Below the pieces are notes generated by a model. The model did no database searches and was not told the origin of the DNA. It saw nothing but the letters and a program-made list of their open reading frames with translations. The translations under genes were made by a program, and so were the position numbers. Source: Caecitellus pseudoparvulus (Eukaryota; Protista; Bigyra: Bicosoecida). From it: DNA of 64,000 bases. Shown piece by piece: positions 54,756 to 64,000 of the stretch. The stretch is taken from contig CBFFRQ010000200.1 in assembly GCA_965644315.1 (NCBI GenBank), forward strand, positions 30,429 through 94,428, in the 5' to 3' direction. Numbering within the stretch: position 1 is the stretch's first letter; every line of letters begins with the position of its first letter.

Positions 54756-56860
54756 TCACTCAGTGGCCTCTGTCGGGCCCTCAACACCAGCTGGGCCAGA
54801 GCCCTCACTGGCGTCGGCTGCGGCAGTGGCCACCTCAGCCGGGGCTGCAGCAGCTTCCGCGGCAGCTGCGTCTGCTGCCGCCTTGGCCTCTGCGGCGTCG
54901 GCGATGGCATCTGCTGCGCGCTGCTCGGCCTGGCGTTCCTCCTCGGTCTCGGGGCCAATGCCCTGGCTGGCGGCATAGGCTTCCAGCTGGGCCTGGGTGG
55001 CTTCCAGCAGAGCCAGCTGGTTCCGCAGAATGAAACGCTCGGCACAGCGAATGACGCCGGCAAAGGCCAGGCGCCACATGGACACGCCAGGCCCGTGCTG
55101 GGCCTCCACCGCTGCCTGCAGCGCCTCCAAATCCAGCTCCTCGCCTGCCTCAGCTGCTGCGGCCGCCACCAAGGCCGCTGTCGTCTCCACCTCCACATCA
55201 CCCTCCTCCTCCTCCTCGCCAGCCTCTGCAGCTGCGCCCTCCTCCACGTCACCCTCCTCCTCCTTCACTTCCTCCTCGCCTTCCCCTGCTTCGGCAGGTG
55301 GTACATCAGGCGTGGTGGGGGGTGCTGCCACGGCACTGCCACTAGCACTGGGTGGAGCCCTGCCCCCCCTCTTACCCCCCTTCTTGCCCTTTTTACCCCC
55401 CTTCTTGGACTTGGCACGCGCAGCCAGCTCCGCCACCACAGCGTCACGGGCGGCATCTGCGCGCGCCTTGACGTGGCTGAGGATGGCTGCCAGGGCCTGC
55501 TCCTGTTCCTCAGCGGGCGTGTCCGCGCCCAGGTCCGCCAGCATGCCCTGTACACCTGCCTTGAGCTCTCGCAGGACGCGGCGTTCGTTGGGGATGGAGA
55601 CGAGGTTGCCCTGCACGGCGCCCTTGGCTGCGGGGAGTTCCTCGGGGGTGGCCCGCGTAATACGCATGAGGGTCAGCACGTCCGGGTTCAGCCCCGTCGC
55701 CGTGAGCAGGCAGCGGTTCACACTGCCGTGCAGCCCCGCCTCCTTCAGCAGGGCGCTCTTCTCCTCGAAATTGGGCGCCTCCTCCGCCATGACGATGGAC
55801 AGGGTGACGACGTCCCGGGGGTTGTTGGGGATGGCGAAGCCGTGCAGCATGATCAGGCGCTCGTTGGACAGCGCGCCATAGTTCAAGTTCACCTGGCTGC
55901 CGGGCGCAAAGGCCTGGTTGGCAGTGATGACGAGGCAGTCGTTCTCGGGGTGGAACTTGTGTACCATGCGCGCTTCCGGATCGTGGTTGAACATGTCGAA
56001 GATTGGCGCCATGGCCTTCCAGGGGCGCCCACCGATCTCCAGCGACACGAACCGTGACCAGATGGTAGCGATGGCCCACGTGTACTCCTCCAGGCTGAAC
56101 GTCCGCACGTCGAAGCCCAGGTGGGCGTAGTGCTTCACCAGCACTGGAAAGATGCGCGTGTAGTCCTGGCGGATTTGCTGCTGCACCGTGTGGGCCAGGT
56201 TGTGCATAGCAGCCGTGCCCTCCAGCGCAGCCAGCTCAGCCGGGCTGAAAAAGTGCACTGTGTCATACGATTCCGGCAGCAGCGCAATGTGCAGTGACCA
56301 GCGGGAATCGGCGGCCTGTGTGCGGTGGCAGGGGGCAGCGGGGTGTGCGGCGCTGTGCACGCGGGGCGCGACGCAGCAGCGCAGCGAAACGCACCGCGAT
56401 GTGCTTTTCGTACAGCAGCATGATGGCGAGGAGGTCATCCTCACGGACGTCCATCTCCGCGGCGTGAGCCATGATGGGCTCCACAGGGTGCCCCACCAAG
56501 GACTGCAGCGTCAGCAGGCTGCTGCGGGGCACCGACACCAGGGGCTTGCCTGCTGGCACCCGCGAACGAGCCACGACGCCACGTCCGTATGGCGCAGGCA
56601 TGTGTTCAATGGCGACATTGGAGTGCACGCGCACATGCAGGGTCTCCTGAGCCCACTTCATGTACTCATCGTAGGTTGGCTTCGGAACAGATGCCTGCAG
56701 CGAGGGCAGAGGAGGCAGACTTGTGTCATGGACGGCAATTCAATTTCCGCAGCGCCCAGCCACGCACACCAGCGCCAGCTGCAGTTGCCGCGCCTGCCGC
56801 CGTGGCAGCGCCTGGCTCTGATGCAGTCGCAGCAGGGGCTCCTTCACTTGGGCTTGCCAT
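54756..56860 (-). CDS. SET-domain protein methyltransferase (Rubisco LSMT/SETD3-like class)
   Basis: YGRGVVA, LVSVPRSSLLT, LLYEK, SRWSLHIALLP, YTWAIATIWSR, MAPIFDMFNHD, QVNLNYG..SNERLIMLHGF; two predicted introns; acidic/basic C-terminal insert. Confidence 0.9.
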
Positions 56861-57270
56861 GGTGTCAGGGTGCTTGAGTGAGGTTGCACGGGTCTGCGAG
56901 GCGCCTGGAGATGTAGAGCTTGTTCAGGTGCTCTGGGCAAGGCCAGGGGCACCGCTTTGTGATCTTGGCTTTGTGCGAATGGTACGCTAGCATTGCGTTG
57001 GTGTTTGTTCTTGTTGGTTTGCATCGTTTGTGCCTGCAAGGTGTCCTTTGCGCCTCTCTGGCGCAGATGAGATAGGGCGAGCCGGCTCCCCGGCTCACAC
57101 CAAACCGGACGAATGCTCCAACACAACACAGGACCAGACCAAGAGCGCGCGGGGCAGAAGGCTGCCACTTGGCAAATGCAAGCCACAGTGCACAGCTGTA
57201 TTGCAGGTCAGCAGCACACGGCGAGGGAGGCGCTGCAGGGGGCGTGTGGGAACCAAATTCCGCATGCGCT

Positions 57271-58485
57271 ATGGCCAAGTGGGTCTCCCGCACGTGGCAG
57301 TCGTTGGTGGAGCGTCCTGCTCTGGGCCCCGGCGTCGTCCCTGTGGAGCGCATGCTTTTCCCGTTCGCAACTGCGGTGGACGTGGGGCGGTTCACAGTCA
57401 CGACAGACCGGGTTGTGGGAGGTGACAGCGTGGCAGCCTTCTCCCTGCGCCCTTTCCGGAACTTCGCAGCTGGCTGCTTTGAAGGCATCATCCAGTTCGA
57501 AGCCAGCGAGGAGTACCCCAATGGCGGGTTTGCCAATGTCCGCACTGCTAAGGAGCACAGGAGGCGGCTGGAAGACGAGGGTGGGGCCGACGCAGCCGTG
57601 GCAGATGGCGTTTCACTGGCGTGCTACGAAGGCCTGGCCATGCGAGTCAAGACCGATGGGCGCGTGTACCGCCTGAACCTGCACTGCGCCGACCACTCCC
57701 CCGACGACGTGTACCAGATGGAGTTCACGACTTCCCCTGGGCGCTGGGACACGCTCATTCTTCCCTTTGCCCATTTCCGGCTGGTGTCGGCCGGGCGCCT
57801 TCGGCAGGAGGGGTATGAGCTGGACCCTCGCCGGGTGGACGGCATGGGCATCCTGCTGGCAGACCAGAAGCAAGGCCCTTTCAAGCTGGAGGTGCAGTGG
57901 GTGAAAGCCATTGAAGGGTACGATGCACGCCAGGCCCGTCGAAGCCAGGGCGCTGACGTGGGGGGTTTCTGGGCGGCACGGGCGGCGCACGAGCCGGGGG
58001 GCGGCCGACCTCTCGCCAGCACGGGCCGGCCTGGGCACCTCCCCACTCTCCCCTCCCTCTCCGGCATGCCGCCAGACAGGAGCAGCACACCGGAGGCGAC
58101 GGCTGGTCCAGGTGAGGCGGCCCACGCCACCATGCATGCCCACACCGGCCCGGCTGGAGGGGCGACGCAACAGGATACGGCAGCCAGTACACTGGGTGCC
58201 ACCGGTGTTCCGCTGCCAGTGAAGGCTGAGGACCCTGCGCTGGCGAAGGCGGGCACCTCTGGCCTTGACCCGGCAGACGCCCCGCTGACGTTCCCAGCTG
58301 AAGCGGTGCGGCAGGCAGCAGATGCGGTGATGCTGCCCGGCTTTAGAGGCGTGGCGGCACAGCGTGCTGCGCTGGCGAAGCGCCTGGAGTCGCTTGACCC
58401 GTCCACGCGGCAAGGCTTGAGCACTCGCCAACGCAAGGCGCTGGCCCGGGCTGATGGAGAGGATGTGCTGGGGCATGGCGACTGA
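57271..58485 (+). CDS. NDUFAF1: Complex I intermediate-associated protein 30 (CIA30)
   Basis: TDRVVGGDS, GGFANVRT, YEGLAMRVKTDGRVYRLNL, WDTLILPFAHF, GILLADQKQGPFKLEVQWVKA. Confidence 0.85.
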   Translation: MAKWVSRTWQSLVERPALGPGVVPVERMLFPFATAVDVGRFTVTTDRVVGGDSVAAFSLRPFRNFAAGCFEGIIQFEASEEYPNGGFANVRTAKEHRRRLEDEGGADAAVADGVSLACYEGLAMRVKTDGRVYRLNLHCADHSPDDVYQMEFTTSPGRWDTLILPFAHFRLVSAGRLRQEGYELDPRRVDGMGILLADQKQGPFKLEVQWVKAIEGYDARQARRSQGADVGGFWAARAAHEPGGGRPLASTGRPGHLPTLPSLSGMPPDRSSTPEATAGPGEAAHATMHAHTGPAGGATQQDTAASTLGATGVPLPVKAEDPALAKAGTSGLDPADAPLTFPAEAVRQAADAVMLPGFRGVAAQRAALAKRLESLDPSTRQGLSTRQRKALARADGEDVLGHGD

Positions 58486-58496
58486 GGGGCTGCATT

Positions 58497-59121
58497 TCAA
58501 ACGCCGGTGCTGCTCATCATGCGGTCCAGCATCTCCTGCTGCTCCCGCTCCACGCGCACGAGGGAGTCGTACTCCGCCGACAACCTGGCACGAGGGGCGG
58601 CAGCCAGTGACAGCGCAATGCACCACGGCGGCGGCGGCGGGAGAGGCACGCACCTGTCATGCTCGGCAATCTTCTCATCAATGAGCGCCTGCACTTCACG
58701 CTGTTTCCGCCTCCGCGTCTCGCCCTGGCTGTCCACGATGTTGCGAGCGCCAATGGCCTGTGCAGTGCCGGCGTTGCCGTGGCGTTTCACCTTTGCGTAG
58801 GGCGGTCCATGGCCTGGGGCGCCACCGCCCGCACCTTGAGTTTCTCAGCCTCAATGACCTCGGCCTGTGATGAAAGCAGCTGAACGAGGACGCGGACATT
58901 CTCTGAGAACTCCCTGATCTCTGTGGAGGGCGTCAGGGGACGAAAGTGTTTCCCTGCAACGGCTCCAAGCACCAGCAGAAGCTGCTCCTGCTGGCGCACG
59001 ACGCACTGGACACAAATGTGCGGCACTCCGACTCGAGCTCCTCCGTCTTCCTGAACTGTTCCGCATCCAGCACGCGCACACGCCCTTGGGCATCAAACGA
59101 GATGGTCGGCTTGTCTGCCAT
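58497..59121 (-). CDS. IFT20: Intraflagellar transport protein 20
   Basis: Spliced: MADKPTISFDAQGRVRVLD..ECRTFVS|KIREF..VIEAEKLK|AIGARN..VQALIDEK|..RLSAEYDSLVRVEREQQEML. Three introns. Confidence 0.93.
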
Positions 59122-59266
59122 GTTGCCTCGCCAAGATGCGCAGACAGGACAGGACAGCTTCGGCAGCGCGCGTGCGCCGTGGCACCTCCAGGGGGCAGCG
59201 CATGCACCCCTTCCGTACGTGGGACTTAGGCAGGCCCTGTGTGATTGGTTTCCATTGTGTATTGCA

Positions 59267-59889
59267 TTATTGCCTCGTCCACGCACTGCGCCGGTGCAAA
59301 GGCGACCACCAGCGTCGCAAGGCGGGATTTCCAAGCCAGAGAGAGAGGGGGCGAAAATCGGCAGCCTCCTGGGCGAACCAAAGCCACATAAATGGCTGCC
59401 TCAACTGTCGAGCACGCCCGCTCGTGGAGCCGATGGGGAAGTCACCAGGCAGCACCTGCCCGGGGTGCGGAACTTCAGCAGCGCCACGTTGCCCTGCCTT
59501 GCCAAGCCTCGGCACCGCTGCAAAGCTTCAAAAGCACGCTATGCGCTGCAACACAAGCAATGCGTAGTCCAGGGCACCCGGTGCTGCTCTTCGTACGCTT
59601 GGGGGGATCGCCCACTCAACACCCACACTGGCTCTGAGGCTGCAGCGCCCCGTGCACGAAGTACAAAATGTACAACACCGCCATGACAATCAGCATGTTG
59701 GGGTCGCCTGTGTAGACGAATGACAGAAGGTGCGTGCCTGACCCTGCCTAAAGGCCCTGCGGCACCGCCGCACTCACCAAACACTTCTGTTGGCTTGCGC
59801 TTTGCCGCAACTGCTCGAGCAGCTTCATCCCCCTGCCTTGGAGGCCCTCCTCCCTCCCTGCCACCCCCCCCTGACCCTGCATCTGCCAT
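59267..59889 (-). CDS. Small hypothetical single-TM protein; 3' end uncertain
   Basis: ATG 59889 (MADAGSGGGG..KRKPTEVF), intron GTGAGT..CACAG, exon GDPNMLIVMAVLYILYFVHGALQPQ. Ends either at TGA 59616 or, after a further intron, at TAA 59267 where AATGCA overlaps the stop. Confidence 0.4.
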
Positions 59890-60564
59890 GCTGCCATAAG
59901 CTGGCCTCGGGGCATCGCGCCCCAGGTCGCTGGTGAGCATGTGTGAGTTCTCTGGGTTTTGGCAAAGCCTGCAAAATTCGCAGCGGCTGTGCATAGTTCC
60001 ACAGCCAATCGCCCACACAAAGAGCGACGCACCTCAAGATCCCCGTTTGGTGAAACGATAGACGCAAAAAGTGGTGTGCGTTCACGCCTCCCCCCTCTCT
60101 ACTCCTCAAGTGCTGGTGTTGCCTCGTCCAAGCCTGGCCCAGTGTGCAGTGGCATTGGCTCAGTGCTTCATGCGGCAGTCCGCGCAGCTTGAGACCCTAC
60201 CCGAGTGGCAGGAACTCACGGGAGGCACCGAGTGTGGAAAGGGGTGGCGTGGCTGTCAAAAGCAGCATCAGTGCGGGTGAGCAGAAAGAGAATAGTCGGT
60301 TGCTGCTTCACTTCACAACCCACGCCACCTGTGCTTGAGGGCAGTCAGACGGCCTCGCCACAACCCACCCTGACCTGGTGCCCATGCAAAAAGTGTGCAT
60401 TTCTCTGCCCACACTGTCCATGCCATGCATGCCACGACCCAGGCCTCACCTACTCTCAGGCCTCTCGACTACGCAAAGGAAGCGGCTCGATACCCACTTT
60501 CTCCTGCAACGCATCGAGGACTCCGCTTCAACAGCGCCTGAGCTGGGCACTCGCCTCAGCAGAC

Positions 60565-62460
60565 ATGGCAGCTGGTGTGGATCCTCCCCCCGATGACGCC
60601 TGGTACATGGCCGTGCGCCGGTGCATGGAGGCGGTGTCTCAGAGCTCGGGGCGCTTGGGTCTGCAGTTCTTGGGCAGCATGGCGCCACGCCCTGCACCTT
60701 CTGGGGAAGCAGAGCAAGGGGGCTTCCACGCGGTGGCAGGGCATGCTGGGCTGTTGCATGGCCATATTCTCTCCCACCTGCGAGAAAATAGGCGAAGGGG
60801 CGCTCCTCTGGGCGGCGTGCGGCGGCCTCGGCCAGGCTCAGTGCCCTCTGCCCTGCCAGCCGCTGCGACAGCAAGCACAGCTGGAGAAGCAGCAGCCTGG
60901 ACGGCAGCTGAACCGCCAGAGCCGGAGCGAATGGCTGCCCTGGCAAAGCATGCCGTTCAAATTGCGCAGGGCGTTGAGGACTCCATGATGCCGGAAGTGT
61001 CGATGGTCTTGCACCCCTTTGCAGCGGCAGGCCCCGTTGCGTTTGTGAGTGGAATGGCTGGTGGGCCCAGACATGCCAGCGTTACAGCCAGTTACATCTG
61101 GCGCCTGTCACACACCCTTCGCGGACCCCCGCCGCACAACCTCCCCCTCACCCCACAGGTCTTGAATAAGCACTATGTTCGTGCTGTTGGCATTTCTGCT
61201 GATTCCTTACTTGGCTACATCGCTGCGCACGGGCAACTGCCGCCTGCCGCGCTGCCAGGCAGTAATGCCGCTCGTGCGCTGGTGCAGGGAAAAGAAGTGC
61301 TGAACACGCCGCCGCGTGCGCAGGAGCTGGAACAGCTGGCGGAACAGGCGCGTGAGGGGATTCTTGCACAGCAGGCGGCGTTTCGTGGGGCCGCGAGCAG
61401 CCCTGCCGGCATTGTGTCAGTGGGCTGTGATGCTACTCTGCCTCCGCTGAGTGGGCGAAGCCGCTCTCGCCCAGTGCACGTTACAACAGCCTTCGTGTGG
61501 CACCCTGGCATGGTGCCGGATGCCCCTGTCACCCTCATGCGCGTCACACTGGCACTGCAGTCCAGAGTCAGCCGGCAAGATGCGGCTGGGCTTGGGAGTC
61601 TGGCCAACACGCCCATTCCCAGCCTGCCGTGGGCGGTGACAGCACCCGGGCAGCAGCCAGAGTCAAGCACGGGGCGCATTGCCGTCACCCTTACCCCGTG
61701 GGAGGTGGGAGGGCCCAGCTCCACGTCGGAGGACGATGAGGTGGAACGCAGAACAGCCTCGGGCCTGAACCCGGCGCCCCCTCCCGAGTCCAGCTCGGCT
61801 GCCGCACCGCCTCAAGCCACCGGCTCCTCCTCAGGCGGCTCCACAGACCCTCGCCAGCGGCAGTCTAGTTCCGGCACGGGGTCCTCCGGTGACTCTCCGC
61901 AAGAGGAGAGTGGCAGTGGCGGCAGCGGGCCAGACTCTGAGCAGAGCTCGGCCAAGCCAAAAGCTGGCAGCGCCTCAGGCGCAGCTCCTGCGCCTGCAGC
62001 AGGCAGCAGCTCATCAGGCGGCAGCCGGGAAGAGAGCTCCGAGACGCCTGAGCCTGGGCTCACTTCCACCAGCAATGCGGGTAGCTCGGGGGACAGCCAC
62101 GGGTCCAAAGGCAGCGGGCAGGGCGACGACAGCGGGCAGTCTTGGAGTGAGTTGCTACAGACCGCAGCCAAACGCCCCCGCACCGAACAGGCAAGTGCCG
62201 CTGCTGCGGCGGCTGGCGTGCCCCAAACTCACCTGACGCAAGTTGCATTGGTTCAGCCGCCTTGGCAGAGTCCACAGCTTGGCATTTCAGTGGCCGAGGC
62301 GCAAGTGAAGCTCACAGAAGAGGGAGAGGATGGGCCAAGCAACGCCTTGGCCGACAGGGATGGGACGGGGCTGAGCAGCAGCTCACACATGAGCGCGGAC
62401 GGGACGGGTAGTGCAGCGGGGGATTCAGGCAGTGTCGCGGGCAGTGCTGGTGGCGTGTGA
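60565..62460 (+). CDS. Hypothetical protein, paralog A (PAS-like motif, Ser/Gly-rich tail)
   Basis: ATG 60565; in-frame intron 61045-61158 (GTGAGT..CACAG); similarity to the next gene. Confidence 0.65.
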   Translation: MAAGVDPPPDDAWYMAVRRCMEAVSQSSGRLGLQFLGSMAPRPAPSGEAEQGGFHAVAGHAGLLHGHILSHLRENRRRGAPLGGVRRPRPGSVPSALPAAATASTAGEAAAWTAAEPPEPERMAALAKHAVQIAQGVEDSMMPEVSMVLHPFAAAGPVAFVSGMAGGPRHASVTASYIWRLSHTLRGPPPHNLPLTPQVLNKHYVRAVGISADSLLGYIAAHGQLPPAALPGSNAARALVQGKEVLNTPPRAQELEQLAEQAREGILAQQAAFRGAASSPAGIVSVGCDATLPPLSGRSRSRPVHVTTAFVWHPGMVPDAPVTLMRVTLALQSRVSRQDAAGLGSLANTPIPSLPWAVTAPGQQPESSTGRIAVTLTPWEVGGPSSTSEDDEVERRTASGLNPAPPPESSSAAAPPQATGSSSGGSTDPRQRQSSSGTGSSGDSPQEESGSGGSGPDSEQSSAKPKAGSASGAAPAPAAGSSSSGGSREESSETPEPGLTSTSNAGSSGDSHGSKGSGQGDDSGQSWSELLQTAAKRPRTEQASAAAAAAGVPQTHLTQVALVQPPWQSPQLGISVAEAQVKLTEEGEDGPSNALADRDGTGLSSSSHMSADGTGSAAGDSGSVAGSAGGV

Positions 62461-62651
62461 AGCGGAGGTGTGGGCTGTTGCGCCGCAAGTCGCAACACGA
62501 TTGCCGGCAAAAACGGCAGAGCACAATGCACTGGTGGCAAAAACCGTTGCAAGCTTTGATGACCCTTTGAGGCTGTCGGTTGAAGCGGGCGAAGCGCCGC
62601 ATTCGCAACACCTACCCTGACCCATCACCGCGGAAATCGCTTTGCACGAGG

Positions 62652-64000
62652 ATGGCTGCACAAGCACCAACTCTGCCCAGCGCTGGCACTCCCTCGGACG
62701 ACGAAGACGGCACAGGCCCAAATGGCGGAATGCGCTTTCCATCCCCTGACGACGACAGTCCTGGTGGCCACACCCTGCCCACGCCTCAGGTCTGGCGGAT
62801 GACCCTTGAGAAAGCCGCTGAAAAGCAGGCCGTTCACCTGCGGCAAGCGGGCTTGCGGGTGTACTTCACAAGGCCTGGGGCACATGAGCACCTGCAGCAC
62901 TTGCAAGGCACTGTGGCTGGAATGCTGGCAGGTAAGGAGCTGCTGGCTGCTCGGGCAGGTGCTTCGCTTTGCGCTGGAGCTTCGCAGGCGGCAGCGTTAC
63001 GTCCGAAATAACCCAAGCCACACTCAGCATTGCCCTACACGCTGCTGCGACCGCCGCTGCATCGCAGAGCCTGGGAGATTGTACGCTGAGAGTGTTTCAA
63101 GCTTGCTCGCTGTCCCGCCGGCTGGGTGGGAGGACATCCTGGACGTGCTGCAGCTGGTGCGCCCTGCGCCAATGTGGGACACGCAGGGCACTGTCCAGGC
63201 CACGGCGCAGGCGTGCTGGGAGACAGCTTGCAAGGTCGCAGAGAGGAGCGAACCTGGTGCTGCAGAAGTCCTGGACCCCCACACCGGCTGGCCCACCGTC
63301 TTCGTGCGTGAGAGTTGCTCGCTGGCGTTCCAGCAGCGGGTCGGCCGCATTCCGCCCGCTGGGTGTCGCCACCTCTCACGTTTGCACTCGCCACAGGTGC
63401 TCAACAACGCCATGGTGAACTTCCTGCGTGTGCCCGAAGCTGAGCTCCGTCTTCATCTGCAGCACCGCGGAACCCTGCACCCGTCCATGCTGGGCCTGCC
63501 AACAGCAGAGTCTGCCGAGGGCCTCGTGGTGCGCCTGCCCAGTGGCAAGCTAGGCAGGCCTGCTGTGTCACAGGCCCAAGTGGCAGCCTTGCGAGAAGCC
63601 ATCCGCCGTGGAGTCTTGGCGTGCCTGCGGGCCTGGGCGCAGTGCTTGAAGAGCGCATCCCCGACCACAGCGCCGCTGCACGCTGACCTGCACTTCCCGC
63701 TGGGTGACGGCACAGTGCAGGGTGCGACAGCCCACCTTACATTCTACAACCTCTGTGGGTGCCGGCCTGGGAACTTCCCCCTGCGCACGGCCTTCCTGTG
63801 CCCCCACACCAGCAAGCACCTGAAGGGCGAGGCGAGGCTGCTGGCAGCTCCACGCCCCGCCTCTTGGGCTGCCCTTGCTGCTGCAGCCAGCTCAGGGGAA
63901 GGGGAACTTGGGCGAGTCTTGCAGGCGCACGACAGCAGCTCGGGTGGCGGGTCAGGCTCGGGCAATGACTCCAACCTGTCCACCCACGTTCGAAGAGGGG
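62652..64000 (+). CDS. Hypothetical protein, paralog B (PAS-like motif); runs off the right edge
   Basis: ATG 62652; introns 62932-63067 (GTAAGG..GCAG) and 63304-63396 (GTGCGT..CACAG) give a continuous frame EPGRLYAES..HTGWPTVF|VLNNAMVNFLRVPEAEL.. Confidence 0.62.

Noticed and set aside
59600-59640. CGC-UGA ending of the small TM protein as a selenocysteine site
   Set aside because: No SECIS-like element recognised, the layout does not match SelK/SelS, and an alternative splice removes the UGA.
15691-63396. GTGCG donor bias as an unusual splicing system
   Set aside because: All modelled introns are GT-AG, and GTGCG/GTGAG donors are common in GC-rich algae and oomycetes.
1-64000. Near-absence of TAA stops as a sign of genetic-code change
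   Set aside because: Genes end in TGA or TAG, no in-frame stops interrupt conserved domains after splicing, and GC bias explains the skew.
1-64000. Endogenous virus, virophage, transposon, tRNA or rRNA
   Set aside because: No AT-rich island, terminal repeats, integrase/RT/capsid motifs or structural RNA signatures seen by eye; a tRNAscan/Rfam run would be needed to exclude small RNAs.

Overview
Gene-dense, GC-rich (roughly two-thirds GC by eye) eukaryotic nuclear DNA with about 25 protein-coding genes. Introns are short GT-AG spliceosomal introns (mostly 60-140 nt, donors GTGCG/GTGAG), so many ORF-track entries are exon fragments or antisense shadows. Ciliary genes (PACRG, IFT20), aerobic mitochondrial genes (cytochrome c1, NDUFAF1) and a GPCR-PIP-kinase fusion suggest a flagellated heterotrophic protist, plausibly a stramenopile (inference). 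Other recognisable genes: URB1, PP2C, HD hydrolase, YIPF6-like, membrane JmjC, RUS1, DUF445, CD36/LIMP, TMEM41, DEPDC5/IML1, F-box, Fe-ADH-like and a SET/LSMT methyltransferase. I saw no rRNA, tRNA, CRISPR array or mobile element. Main hunt results: (1) a hexamer AATGCA (variants AATTCA/AATACA) sits just downstream of the stop codon of about half the genes on both strands and is a candidate non-canonical polyadenylation signal; (2) a tandem pair of unrecognised paralogs at the right end shares an intron position and a PAS-like motif; (3) four consecutive genes have phago-lysosomal associations, including a GPCR-PIPK fusion and a DEPDC5 with an N-myristoylation motif; (4) a 20-copy 36-bp coding minisatellite and a probable Fe-ADH pseudoenzyme. 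All family calls come from motif recognition by eye; no searches were run.
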